This document shows positions 11,075 to 19,549 of a stretch of DNA of 30,416 bases, in pieces. The stretch spans positions 1 through 30,416 of the forward strand of contig DATDXT010000033.1 of the NCBI GenBank assembly GCA_035289185.1, in the 5' to 3' direction. The notes under the pieces are model-generated. The model had not been told where the DNA came from. It was given only the letters and a program-made list of their open reading frames with translations, and searched no databases. How positions within the stretch are numbered: position 1 is the first letter of the stretch; each line of letters begins with the position of its first letter. Origin of the DNA: an archaeon. Lineage in GTDB: Archaea > Aenigmatarchaeota > Aenigmatarchaeia > CG10238-14 > SCSR01. The position numbers were made by a program, and so were the translations under genes.

Positions 11075-11329
11075 TCACCCCTTAATGACGACTCTGTAAT
11101 AAATAATCTTGCCTATATGTTCCTCTTCTCTTGTTATTCTTACGACATCTCCGATCTTAGCACCTATAGTTTTTATTATAGGATCAGTCGAGAATATCCT
11201 AGGCAATTGTCTTACAGCAATCCCAAATTTGGCTAAAAGTTCTTCCTTTTCTCTCTCGCTAAGTATTTCGTGTTTCGGTACAAGTATGTGTTTCAATATG
11301 TCTATATTTTCCAGTATACCACCGATCAA
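11075..11329 (-). CDS. rpoH: DNA-directed RNA polymerase subunit H (Rpo5)
   Basis: HILVPKHEILSEREKEELLAKFGI...QLPRI...DP...GDVVRITR is the classic RpoH/Rpb5 C-domain. There is no in-frame ATG. Candidate starts are TTG at 11329 or TTG at 11296, so the start is uncertain. Confidence 0.88.
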   Translation of the reverse strand: MIGGILENIDILKHILVPKHEILSEREKEELLAKFGIAVRQLPRIFSTDPIIKTIGAKIGDVVRITREEEHIGKIIYYRVVIKG

Positions 11330-11538
11330 GAGCGTTCAATGAAAATGTTTATGTAAAAATTCATCAATGACTTAACCAAACTGTTCAAAAGTGCGTAGCT
11401 TTTTCTATCCATATATTAACCACCCGAAATTGTCACAGAGGCCAGTTGTATATCATTTATTTTAGTACACTAAGGTTTTTAAAGCTTTCGAAAACCGTAA
11501 TTTTGACCTGTATAATGTCCTGTTTATCGGAACAATGT

Positions 11539-12339
11539 TCAATGTCGCAAATCCAGGACACGTCTGCTCATGTAAAGTACAAAGATTGCAAGCAGAGGAA
11601 ATCCTAAAAACACCACGATGTTCAATGTAAGACCTGAGTATGTATTTGGAAAATCTGCTATATAGAAAAGAGTACCTAATGCAACAAAGTAAATCAATGT
11701 GCTGTAGATCAATTTGCTGAATTTTCTTATGTCTTTGAACTGGTAGTAGAGTATGCTGTATGCAACTGAAAGCAAAAGTATCATCTGGAACAGCATGTAT
11801 ATTCCAAAAGTGCTGTAAAAAGGTTCTGCCATGAAAATTAACTGCCATAATCCAAGATCTGTGCCTCCTCTTACGTCTTGGGTATATCCAGAAGTCACTG
11901 TGTAGCACCAAAAGAAGTCATGCAGGTTGTTTGCAGCGAATCCTATGAAAAAGAAAGCAGCAAAAGTAAGTAAGAAATTCCTCATTGGAAATCTTTTTAT
12001 TTTAAGCAGGAACAGTGACCAGAAGTCGGCGAATGCAAAAGGCAGTAACATGAACAAAGAACCTCCATAGAGCCAGAAACCAAAATTCCAAAGCTGTGGC
12101 AGTCCAAGTGCTTTGGCATGGAAGTTAGCTGCCACGAAAATTATAAAAATGAAAAGCGAAACAGAGAAACAGACTTTCAGATTATAGAAATTTTTAAGTT
12201 TCTTTCCAGAAAGGAACAATTTTGGTTTTTTCTGCACGAATCTTTTTAATTTTCCTGTCAGAAGAACATATGCAAACCCCGCGTAAAGAAGCGCGAAAAT
12301 TATTGCCACATGTAAAGTTTTTGCAAGTTCAGGAGTCAT
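11539..12339 (-). CDS. Polytopic membrane protein of unknown function
   Basis: About 266 aa with multiple long hydrophobic segments (about 7). The ATG at 12339 shares one base with the TGA stop of the upstream nucleotidyltransferase (TGATG), which suggests translational coupling. Confidence 0.7.
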   Translation of the reverse strand: MTPELAKTLHVAIIFALLYAGFAYVLLTGKLKRFVQKKPKLFLSGKKLKNFYNLKVCFSVSLFIFIIFVAANFHAKALGLPQLWNFGFWLYGGSLFMLLPFAFADFWSLFLLKIKRFPMRNFLLTFAAFFFIGFAANNLHDFFWCYTVTSGYTQDVRGGTDLGLWQLIFMAEPFYSTFGIYMLFQMILLLSVAYSILYYQFKDIRKFSKLIYSTLIYFVALGTLFYIADFPNTYSGLTLNIVVFLGFPLLAIFVLYMSRRVLDLRH

Positions 12340-13208
12340 CAAGCATCATCCAATTCAGGCAGATCTTCTCCAAGCAATTCCTCTGGTAAAAGCTTCTTGA
12401 ACCTTTCTATCATGTCCTTTGTCAGAATCAATGCCTTTTCCAAATGATCTGTTGTTACGTCTTTCACAATCTTGTGGTCTATGTCTTTCCAAAGCTTGTC
12501 CAATTCGGCGAACTTGTCTATGAAGTCTCTTTCCAACTTACCTTCTTTTACCAACTTCTCTAAAAACTCAGGAGCTTTCTTGTAGTCAGGCTGCTCTTTG
12601 AAATGGTGCATCACGACAGCTTGCACTATGTCCAACATCGTGTATCTCAATTCAAAAATCATCGATTTGATATCCAATCTTATTCTCTTTAATCTTATTT
12701 CAGCCGACTTGGCTTTCAATGTTATCGTCTCATCACTCGGAGGAATCAACCCCATTTGAAGCATCTTCTGCACAGGTTTTATGAAACCATTGTCGAAAAT
12801 AGGCAGACCGTATCTCAAAAAGTTTACAAACTCAGGCGATCCTACTCTTATCGATTGCCAGAATGCAGTCAGAGTATGAACTTGCACGTGGAGGTCTTTT
12901 ATCTGTGATGCTATGTGATGAAGGTTGGCCTGCACTCTGTTCAAATCCTCGCTTGATTTTGTTGCAGTATCATCCAAAAGAACCCAAACATCCACATCGC
13001 TTGTCTTCTTTGCATCTCCTCTTACTACAGAACCGAAAATCAGAACTGATTTTATAATGTCACCATACATCTTCCTGGCTTCGGTAGCAAACTTCACTGC
13101 CCTGGAATAGATTTCCCTAGAAGTTTCATCCTTAAACACATCCTTATGCTGATCAATCTTCACAAGCTTCGTATCTTCAAGCTCTCTTTCCAGTTTGTCC
13201 AATGCCAT
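12339..13208 (-). CDS. Pol-beta superfamily nucleotidyltransferase with a helical C-terminal (HEPN-like/KNTase-C-like) extension
   Basis: 289 aa with the minimal NTase motif GSVVRGDAKKTSDVDVWVLLDD (GS...DxD). The C-terminal half is all-helical and I see no clear Rx4-6H motif. Confidence 0.8.
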   Translation of the reverse strand: MALDKLERELEDTKLVKIDQHKDVFKDETSREIYSRAVKFATEARKMYGDIIKSVLIFGSVVRGDAKKTSDVDVWVLLDDTATKSSEDLNRVQANLHHIASQIKDLHVQVHTLTAFWQSIRVGSPEFVNFLRYGLPIFDNGFIKPVQKMLQMGLIPPSDETITLKAKSAEIRLKRIRLDIKSMIFELRYTMLDIVQAVVMHHFKEQPDYKKAPEFLEKLVKEGKLERDFIDKFAELDKLWKDIDHKIVKDVTTDHLEKALILTKDMIERFKKLLPEELLGEDLPELDDA

Positions 13209-13230
13209 AATAATTCATTGAAGATGTAGT

Positions 13231-13238
13231 TTTATAAA
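13231..13238 (-). promoter_or_regulatory. Putative TATA box (TTTATAAA) for the nucleotidyltransferase gene
   Basis: TTTATAAA lies 22 nt upstream of the ATG at 13208, in the 31-nt gap after flpA. The geometry fits an archaeal leaderless transcript. Confidence 0.4.
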
Positions 13239-13239
13239 T

Positions 13240-13911
13240 CTATTTCATCTGCATTACAACGAATAAATGATGTTTCTCATAAGGATCCAATTTGACTTGA
13301 TCCAAGATCTTGAAATGCTTTTTAAACTGTTCCAATGATTCTTCATAGATTTTTTCCGGTCTTTTTGTCACGTCTATTGACTGGCTTTTGATTGCTATCA
13401 TCGCGAACCCGCCAGGTTTTAGGAATTTCTCACAGTTTCTTATCAATATCGGTATCTGGTCATCGCTTGCAACATCCTCGTAAACCAAATCCATCTTTTC
13501 CATTACCATCTTCTCATACATCTCTGGCATCCTGCCATCTCCTAGTATAGGAATCATGTTGCCTCTTTTCTCGCATATCCTTATGGATTCTCTAAGGCTC
13601 CTCTCGGAAATCTCCACTCCATAAATTATACCATTCTTTCCTACGATGTCGCTGAAGAACGATGCAGTCTTCCCTTCAGCCAGTCCAAGATACAAAACTT
13701 TCATGTCTTTCTTCAATGGAAAAGTCTTTAATTTCTGTCTCATTGCAGCGCTAGGTTTTGACGTGTAAGAATCCCATGTCCTGTATTCTATTCCATCAAC
13801 TGTGACCAGTTCTTCGTTTGAGCTTTTGAACCCTGGAACAAGATTTATGGTAGCAAATCTTCCGTCAACATTAAAAATACCTTCAAACTTTGTTTTTTCT
13901 ACTCTCATCAC
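13240..13911 (-). CDS. flpA: Fibrillarin-like rRNA/tRNA 2'-O-methyltransferase
   Basis: 223 aa with the SAM-binding block VLYLGLAEGKTASFFSDIVG. Sits in conserved synteny immediately after nop5. Confidence 0.93.
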   Translation of the reverse strand: MMRVEKTKFEGIFNVDGRFATINLVPGFKSSNEELVTVDGIEYRTWDSYTSKPSAAMRQKLKTFPLKKDMKVLYLGLAEGKTASFFSDIVGKNGIIYGVEISERSLRESIRICEKRGNMIPILGDGRMPEMYEKMVMEKMDLVYEDVASDDQIPILIRNCEKFLKPGGFAMIAIKSQSIDVTKRPEKIYEESLEQFKKHFKILDQVKLDPYEKHHLFVVMQMK

Positions 13912-14992
13912 TATCTTTGCTCTCTAACACTTCTTTGACTTTTGCATCAAGTTCTTTTTTCATCTCTTTCGACCTGTCATCTTTTGAGAAAAAGTCTATC
14001 TTAGCAGCCATCGATATCTTCGATGCAAGAACCCTTGCTAACTTCCCTCTTTTCTCGTCAGGCGAGCCTTGTATCAGAGGATGGAAGAATATTATTCCGT
14101 ATTTTGGTGATCTATTATTGCCCCTTGAATGTAAAAATCTGAACAGAGCCTTTTCGCTTCCTAACAGTTGTATCGTGTTGGACGTCATCTTTGCAAGCCT
14201 GTCTATGCCGCCTGCCTTTGAAATAAGTTTTGATGCTATGCTTGTGCCTGCTATCTCTGAAAGGTTTGGAGCCATCTCCTTCAATACACTCTCCAGATAT
14301 TTTGAAAGCCTTTCCCTAATCTCATTCAGGCTTCTTATCTGAGCAGCAAATGCCTGTATCTCTGCAACATCCAAATGAGACAGTTCAATCCCTATGCTTT
14401 TTTCTGCAAGCTTCTTCAGATGCTCCTCGTCTATCTTGTCTCTGCTTCCGAACTTTTCCACCAGCTTGACGAACCTTTCGTGGCTTTCCACATTTCTGTT
14501 TATCTCAGGGAAATGCAATCCGTACCATTCTCTCAACCTTTCCACAAAAATGTTAACAGACTTGTCTATCTCTTCCATGGCCCTGTTGACCTGCATGATT
14601 ATGACATCTCTCTTGACAGATTTTTTTATGTCGCTCTTTGTCATTTCTATGTTTGTCTTTGTAAGCAATTGATTAAATTCCAACCTGTCTTTCACGAAAT
14701 GGTGCTTCAAAGACAGCTCGAAAAGGTGTTCTTTCACGTAAGCTTCAGCAGAATTGTTTTCCTCGAATTCCTGCACTCCTGGTTTCCTCTTGCTGAAGAC
14801 TATATGCTTGTATCCTCTCTTTTCCAATTCTTCGTACAGTTCCTTTTCCTCTTTCAAAAGCCTGTTATCTGCTTCTGTGAACCTGCTTATCATTACTTGC
14901 ATGTCTTTAGGGAAAGGCCTGAAGCTAACGACCTTGTTTCCATCATCCACGGCAAAAGTCCCGATTAAGCTGTTCACTATGTAGACTTTCAT
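13883..14992 (-). CDS. nop5: Nop56/58 (Nop5) C/D box sRNP core protein
   Basis: 369 aa with NOP domain GSEKALFRFLHSRGNNRSPKYGIIFFHPLI. Overlaps the flpA start by 29 nt. Confidence 0.93.
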   Translation of the reverse strand: MKVYIVNSLIGTFAVDDGNKVVSFRPFPKDMQVMISRFTEADNRLLKEEKELYEELEKRGYKHIVFSKRKPGVQEFEENNSAEAYVKEHLFELSLKHHFVKDRLEFNQLLTKTNIEMTKSDIKKSVKRDVIIMQVNRAMEEIDKSVNIFVERLREWYGLHFPEINRNVESHERFVKLVEKFGSRDKIDEEHLKKLAEKSIGIELSHLDVAEIQAFAAQIRSLNEIRERLSKYLESVLKEMAPNLSEIAGTSIASKLISKAGGIDRLAKMTSNTIQLLGSEKALFRFLHSRGNNRSPKYGIIFFHPLIQGSPDEKRGKLARVLASKISMAAKIDFFSKDDRSKEMKKELDAKVKEVLESKDSDESRKNKV

Positions 14993-15028
14993 AGATTTTT
15001 ATTTGTTCCCCATAAGTTATTATACATT

Positions 15029-15898
15029 ATGGAATGGTACATTTTCGCCCTATTGTCGGCAGTTTTCAGTAGTTTCCTGCCTATAATCAACAAAAAGGTC
15101 TTGAAGAAAGTAAGCCTCATGGACTTCTCTGCCGTCTATTCCATATTGACTTTCCTCTTCAGCCTTAGTTTTCTATCGCTGGTCAAGATAACTTTCGATT
15201 TGAAGGTAATTTTTCTTATATTTTTGGGTTCAGTCTTCAGTACTCTTGGGTTTTATGCGATTAACAAAGCAATCAAACGAAGTGCTGTCTCTCTTGTATC
15301 TCCTTTGAGGAGTTTCAACCCAGTCGTATTGCTCATAATGTCCATGTTCTTGCTCGGAGACAAGATTAATGCTTCAAACATAGTGGGGATAGCTTTCATA
15401 GTGCTCGGTGCGTATGTGATAGAAGCAAGGGACATGCTGCACAAGCCGCTGGAACCATTAAAAAGGATGCTCAAGTCTAGCCTGCTATTTCTAATAATGT
15501 CTTCTGCCATCTTCTACGCAGTCTCTTCAATCATAGACAAGGTGGTGCTTTCATTCTATGACATATTCGGATTCTTCGTCTTGATACATCTTTTCATAGC
15601 CCTTAACTTTTTCGTTATAAATATCTTGGAGACCAGAAGACTTCCATGGAACGGCCATATAAAATCTTCCTTTTCTTTGATAATCTTGGCATCTGTAGTT
15701 ACCATATTTTCCAGAATATTTCTTTTGCAGTCAATATCTTTGGGCATAGTGTCTCTTGTAATTGCTATAAAGCATACAGACACACTGATTGCGACTACGA
15801 TAGGCGGCGAGATCTTCCACGAGAAGCATCTGAAGAAGAAGATAGCGGCCGCTTTTATAATGTTGGTGGGAGTGATGTTCGTTATTTTAAAACCTTAA
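15029..15898 (+). CDS. EamA/DMT-family transporter
   Basis: 289 aa with about 10 hydrophobic helices arranged as two EamA-like halves. Divergent from nop5 across only 36 bp. Confidence 0.8.
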   Translation: MEWYIFALLSAVFSSFLPIINKKVLKKVSLMDFSAVYSILTFLFSLSFLSLVKITFDLKVIFLIFLGSVFSTLGFYAINKAIKRSAVSLVSPLRSFNPVVLLIMSMFLLGDKINASNIVGIAFIVLGAYVIEARDMLHKPLEPLKRMLKSSLLFLIMSSAIFYAVSSIIDKVVLSFYDIFGFFVLIHLFIALNFFVINILETRRLPWNGHIKSSFSLIILASVVTIFSRIFLLQSISLGIVSLVIAIKHTDTLIATTIGGEIFHEKHLKKKIAAAFIMLVGVMFVILKP

Positions 15899-15957
15899 TC
15901 AAACATTAATACAATCAAGTAAATGTTTATTTACTAAAAATCATCTAGGCGATAAAT

Positions 15958-16356
15958 ATGGCAGACAAGCAGCAGGAAATGGAAGAAATCATGAACAACT
16001 ACAAGATGCTAGAGACTAGGTTGGATACTTTGGCAAAGCAGAGAGAAGTTGTAGCTACAAATATTGCAGAGATTAGGGCTACTATAGACAGCATAACCGA
16101 GATAGAGAACAGCAATGAGATGCTTTTCGCCATAGGAAGAGGAGCTTTTGTAAAAGGAAGAACATTGGACAAGAAGAATGTTTTGGTGAATATTGGAGCT
16201 GAAGTATTCATCGAGAAGAGCGCCGAAGACGGTAAAAAGTCCATGGAAGCAAGGCAGCAGGAATTCGAGAAAGTATTTGGACAAATAGAAAAAGAGATGA
16301 TTAACATATCTTCCTTGTTGGAACAGCTTAATTTAAAAATGCAAACCCTTCTTTAA
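15958..16356 (+). CDS. pfdA: Prefoldin subunit alpha
   Basis: 132 aa coiled-coil with central double hairpin LFAIGRGAFVKGRTLDKKNVLVNIGAEVFIEKS. Conserved archaeal pfdA-ftsY synteny. Confidence 0.82.
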   Translation: MADKQQEMEEIMNNYKMLETRLDTLAKQREVVATNIAEIRATIDSITEIENSNEMLFAIGRGAFVKGRTLDKKNVLVNIGAEVFIEKSAEDGKKSMEARQQEFEKVFGQIEKEMINISSLLEQLNLKMQTLL

Positions 16357-16367
16357 GATGATGGAAT

Positions 16368-17636
16368 ATGTTTGATTCGCTGAAGAAGAAATTATCCAAG
16401 CTAGTAGACGTATTCTCAAAGAAAATAGAGAAAAAAGAGGAGAAGAAGGAAGAGCAGGTTCAAAAAGTAGAAGAAGTAGTCAAAAAAATAGAGCCGCAGA
16501 TTTTAGAGGGAAATCCAGAGCAGATCATAGAAGAGATAAAAGAAAAAGTAGAAGCCAAAGTACCTGAGATCAAGGAAAAGGTCGAGGAAGTTATAAAAGA
16601 AATAACTCCTGTCGCCCCGCCGGTTGAAGAGGAGGAGAAGGAAATCCTTGAAAAGATAGACGCCAAGCATGAGCCTGAGATAGAGAAAATAATCGAAGAG
16701 CCAAAACCTGAAATAAAGATAGAGACCAAGAAGGAGAAAAAATCCTGGATAAAGAAGATTTCTGAGAAGATAGTAAAGACGATAACTGAGAAGAATCTGG
16801 ATGAGAAAGATGTAGAGCCGTTCTTGGACGATCTGGAGAGAGAATTGCTCGAATCGGATGTTGCTTTGGAAGTGGTGGAAAAAATAAAGAAGGATTTAAA
16901 AATTTTCCTGACAGAAAGGACCATACAGAGAGGCCATGAGAAAGAATACATACTTGATTCTATAAGGAAGAGCCTCGAAGGAATTTTGTCGCTTTCTGAA
17001 ATTGATTTGAAGGCCATGGGTAAGACAAAGAAACCGTTTGTGATTTTATTCCTGGGCTTCAACGGCAATGGAAAGACTACTACTATAGCAAAAGTGGCGA
17101 AATGGATGTTGGACAACAAATTTTCCTGTGTGATTTCTGCTTCCGATTGCTTTAGGGCAGCTGCGATAGACCAGATAGAAGAACATTCTAACAAACTTGG
17201 TGTCAGATTGATAAAGCATACGTATGGTGCAGACCCGGCAGCTGTAGCTTTCGATGCTATATCTCATGCAAAAGCAAACGGTATAGATTTTGTTCTAATT
17301 GATACCGCAGGCAGGACACAGAACAACGTAAATCTGATGAGGGAGATGGAAAAGATAGTCCGTGTAAGCAAGCCCGACTTGAAAGTGCTGGTGATAGATT
17401 CATTGATAGGTAATGATGCTGTCGCCCAGGCAAAGACGTTCAACGAGATGATAGGCATAGACAGCGTGATCTTCACAAAGACAGACATAAACCCGAAAGG
17501 TGGGTCGATTTTGTCCATTTCCTACATGATAAAAAAGCCTATATTATTTGTGACGGTAGGACAGGAGCATGAAGACATAAGGTCTTTCAGCAAAAAGTGG
17601 TTTATAGACCAACTGTTGGGCAATAAAAACAGTTGA
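16368..17636 (+). CDS. ftsY: Signal recognition particle receptor FtsY
   Basis: 422 aa. Lys/Glu-rich acidic A-domain followed by an NG domain with GFNGNGKTTTIAK, DTAGR and TKTD. Confidence 0.93.
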   Translation: MFDSLKKKLSKLVDVFSKKIEKKEEKKEEQVQKVEEVVKKIEPQILEGNPEQIIEEIKEKVEAKVPEIKEKVEEVIKEITPVAPPVEEEEKEILEKIDAKHEPEIEKIIEEPKPEIKIETKKEKKSWIKKISEKIVKTITEKNLDEKDVEPFLDDLERELLESDVALEVVEKIKKDLKIFLTERTIQRGHEKEYILDSIRKSLEGILSLSEIDLKAMGKTKKPFVILFLGFNGNGKTTTIAKVAKWMLDNKFSCVISASDCFRAAAIDQIEEHSNKLGVRLIKHTYGADPAAVAFDAISHAKANGIDFVLIDTAGRTQNNVNLMREMEKIVRVSKPDLKVLVIDSLIGNDAVAQAKTFNEMIGIDSVIFTKTDINPKGGSILSISYMIKKPILFVTVGQEHEDIRSFSKKWFIDQLLGNKNS

Positions 17637-17664
17637 AGATTTATTGTTGCGAGGGTAAATTTAA

Positions 17665-18969
17665 TTGGAGATATGTATAGTCAATTACGTGGATAAATCT
17701 ACATTGGAAACACTTGAGACAAAACTTCTTCTAGACAACGAAACCCGTGATGTATATGCCGCTCATAAAAGTGCGATAGAACTTTACATAGAAAACGAGA
17801 ATGACTACAGCCTTAAAGATCGTGTAAAGACACTGAAAGAAATAAAACTTCCAAACGACAAGCTTGACAGGATATATGAGAAGTACGGTCATACAGAGGA
17901 ATCTGCAGATATAGACGGATTAATAAGATACACCATAGGCGATGTGTTCGATGAACTTATCCAGGATGCCAAGAAAGCGGCTTTTGAGGAAGTCGACAAA
18001 AAGATAGTTGATGAACTATTATCCGACATAAAGGAAAAAGCAAGCTGCAGAAGAAGCATGTCCATCAGGGAAATTTTCTACGGTTTTAGGCACAACTTTT
18101 ACAAGGCTGGATATCTGAAAGATGTATACGATGGCATGCTATGCAAGGTAAATTACAATCTGTTGGGCAAGCATGAATACAGGGACATGAGAGTTTTGAT
18201 CAGGAGAAAGACTCCTATGTCCAAAAAAGTAGATGTGATTGCAATGTATGATGTCAAAAGAGATGCTGGAGATATAGTTCAGGGAATGACTTTCCTTGAA
18301 GACGTCTATGAAAATGAGATAAAAAAAGTAGTCCCAAACCCATCCAAACATTACGGAAAACCAAGATGGCTTACTAAAGGAGACATTACATTCTTTGCAA
18401 CTGTGGCTGCTTCTTATGCTATAACATCTGTCTTTCCTGGTATAGAAGGGATGCTTCATGATGGAGGGCCAATAAGGTTCCTGGGATATACATTAAATGC
18501 TGTTGGAATAGCTCCTGTCGCATTGGAAAAAGTAGGTGCAATCTATGTCTTGAAGAAAATAATCGGCAGACGTACAAGAGGATACATGAATAAGAGAACT
18601 CTTAATACAATAGCCAGAGGTTATGATATAGACAATTTTGGCCTTCTGGCAAACAAAGTTACGAAACAGCAATCCATAAGAGCACATCTTTGTTATGCGA
18701 CTATATGGCTATACCACGATGTTGATAAAAATACACTGTATGAAAGATTGAAAAGATATAACATTGAGAAAGACGAGATAGACGATTTTTTGGACATATT
18801 CGAAAATCATATTAGGATAGTGGAGATCGAGAATGACAAGTATACTCCAAACAAGATGTTGATAGACATACCTATATCCAAGATCTCAAAAATTGGCGTG
18901 AGCGAAAAAGTTAAAGTAATCAGCAATAGAGTAGACAGTCTTGAAAACGATTATCCTTTAAGTATTTAA
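17665..18969 (+). CDS. Hypothetical protein with a central pair of hydrophobic helices
   Basis: 434 aa. TTG start preceded by GAGGGT 8 nt upstream, and no early in-frame ATG. Hydrophobic stretches ITFFATVAASYAITSVFPGI and FLGYTLNAVGIAPVALEKVGAIYVL. No family motif recognised. Confidence 0.6.
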   Translation: MEICIVNYVDKSTLETLETKLLLDNETRDVYAAHKSAIELYIENENDYSLKDRVKTLKEIKLPNDKLDRIYEKYGHTEESADIDGLIRYTIGDVFDELIQDAKKAAFEEVDKKIVDELLSDIKEKASCRRSMSIREIFYGFRHNFYKAGYLKDVYDGMLCKVNYNLLGKHEYRDMRVLIRRKTPMSKKVDVIAMYDVKRDAGDIVQGMTFLEDVYENEIKKVVPNPSKHYGKPRWLTKGDITFFATVAASYAITSVFPGIEGMLHDGGPIRFLGYTLNAVGIAPVALEKVGAIYVLKKIIGRRTRGYMNKRTLNTIARGYDIDNFGLLANKVTKQQSIRAHLCYATIWLYHDVDKNTLYERLKRYNIEKDEIDDFLDIFENHIRIVEIENDKYTPNKMLIDIPISKISKIGVSEKVKVISNRVDSLENDYPLSI

Positions 18970-19391
18970 GCCGAAACTGGTTGTTTGTAGTAGTAAACAT
19001 TAGGAGGAGATCCTTCTGCCACCCCTGCGTTTTTAAAAGCGTTCCTGCCTTCATTCATCTTTAGCATGTATTTGTCAACCAAAAAGCGAAAATGATATCC
19101 GTCCTTGTTATATTCGACCCAAGCATCACCCTTGTTTGGTCCTCTGACTTTCATCACATATGGTCTTTTGCCATCGTGGTGCAATTTTATGTATATGCCA
19201 TTTTGATAAAGCTTTGCTGCTTCGTCTCTGTAATGCTCAAAATTTATACCTTCAAATTCTTTGATCATCTCTGGTGTGAACTCTGTATATAGTTCAGTGG
19301 TTAATTCTTTCATTGCAAACATCCGTAGACGGTACCTCAAAGTAGTCCGTTTGTCACTTAGGATACCTATAATATAATTGGTTTTCCCCAT
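18966..19391 (-). CDS. Hypothetical protein
   Basis: 141 aa with ATG at 19391. Its stop overlaps the stop of the convergent 434-aa gene (shared TTTAA at 18965-18969). No motif recognised. Confidence 0.5.
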   Translation of the reverse strand: MGKTNYIIGILSDKRTTLRYRLRMFAMKELTTELYTEFTPEMIKEFEGINFEHYRDEAAKLYQNGIYIKLHHDGKRPYVMKVRGPNKGDAWVEYNKDGYHFRFLVDKYMLKMNEGRNAFKNAGVAEGSPPNVYYYKQPVSA

Positions 19392-19549
19392 ATTTAAACA
19401 TAACTATTGCAATATCTATGTTCTCCCTAATCCTAATCATTGTAATCTTCCGACATATTTCCTAATTGTTCGACACTTCATACAATTATAGGAAAGTTCA
19501 TAGAAAAATGTTGTGTTTTTATTTGTTTGCAGACCAACAGATATTAGTT

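Noticed and set aside
11355-11380. UGAUGA (C-box-like) sequence on the minus strand upstream of rpoH, considered as a C/D box sRNA
   Set aside because: There is no matching D box (CUGA), C'/D' pair or terminal stem at the appropriate spacing.
11474-11496. Imperfect inverted repeat GGTTTTTAAAGCTTTCGAAAACC after the membrane-protein gene, considered as a terminator
   Set aside because: The outer and inner pairings are out of register by one base. No oligo-T run follows on the transcribed strand, so the evidence is weak.
11462-11911. 149-aa minus-strand ORF overlapping the membrane-protein gene in another frame
   Set aside because: The alternative frame (11539-12339) gives a coherent multi-helix membrane protein with stop/start coupling to the upstream gene. 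This frame gives an implausible composition.
16390-16750. Repetitive GAA/AAG-rich DNA in the ftsY 5' half
   Set aside because: It encodes the expected acidic/lysine-rich A-domain of FtsY. It is compositional bias, not a discrete repeat element.
16460-17194. 244-aa minus-strand ORF
   Set aside because: It is antisense to the Lys/Glu-rich A-domain and NG domain of ftsY. The Ser/Phe-rich translation is an artefact of the GAA/AAG-rich sense strand.
17636-17665. Possible duplication of the ftsY 3' flank (GATTTATTGTTGCGAG) upstream of srp54 (TTTTATTTGTTTGCAG, about 19516-19531), by analogy with the fic and relBE cassettes
   Set aside because: The alignment needs several indels and consists mostly of T-rich low-complexity sequence. 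It is not distinguishable from chance by eye.
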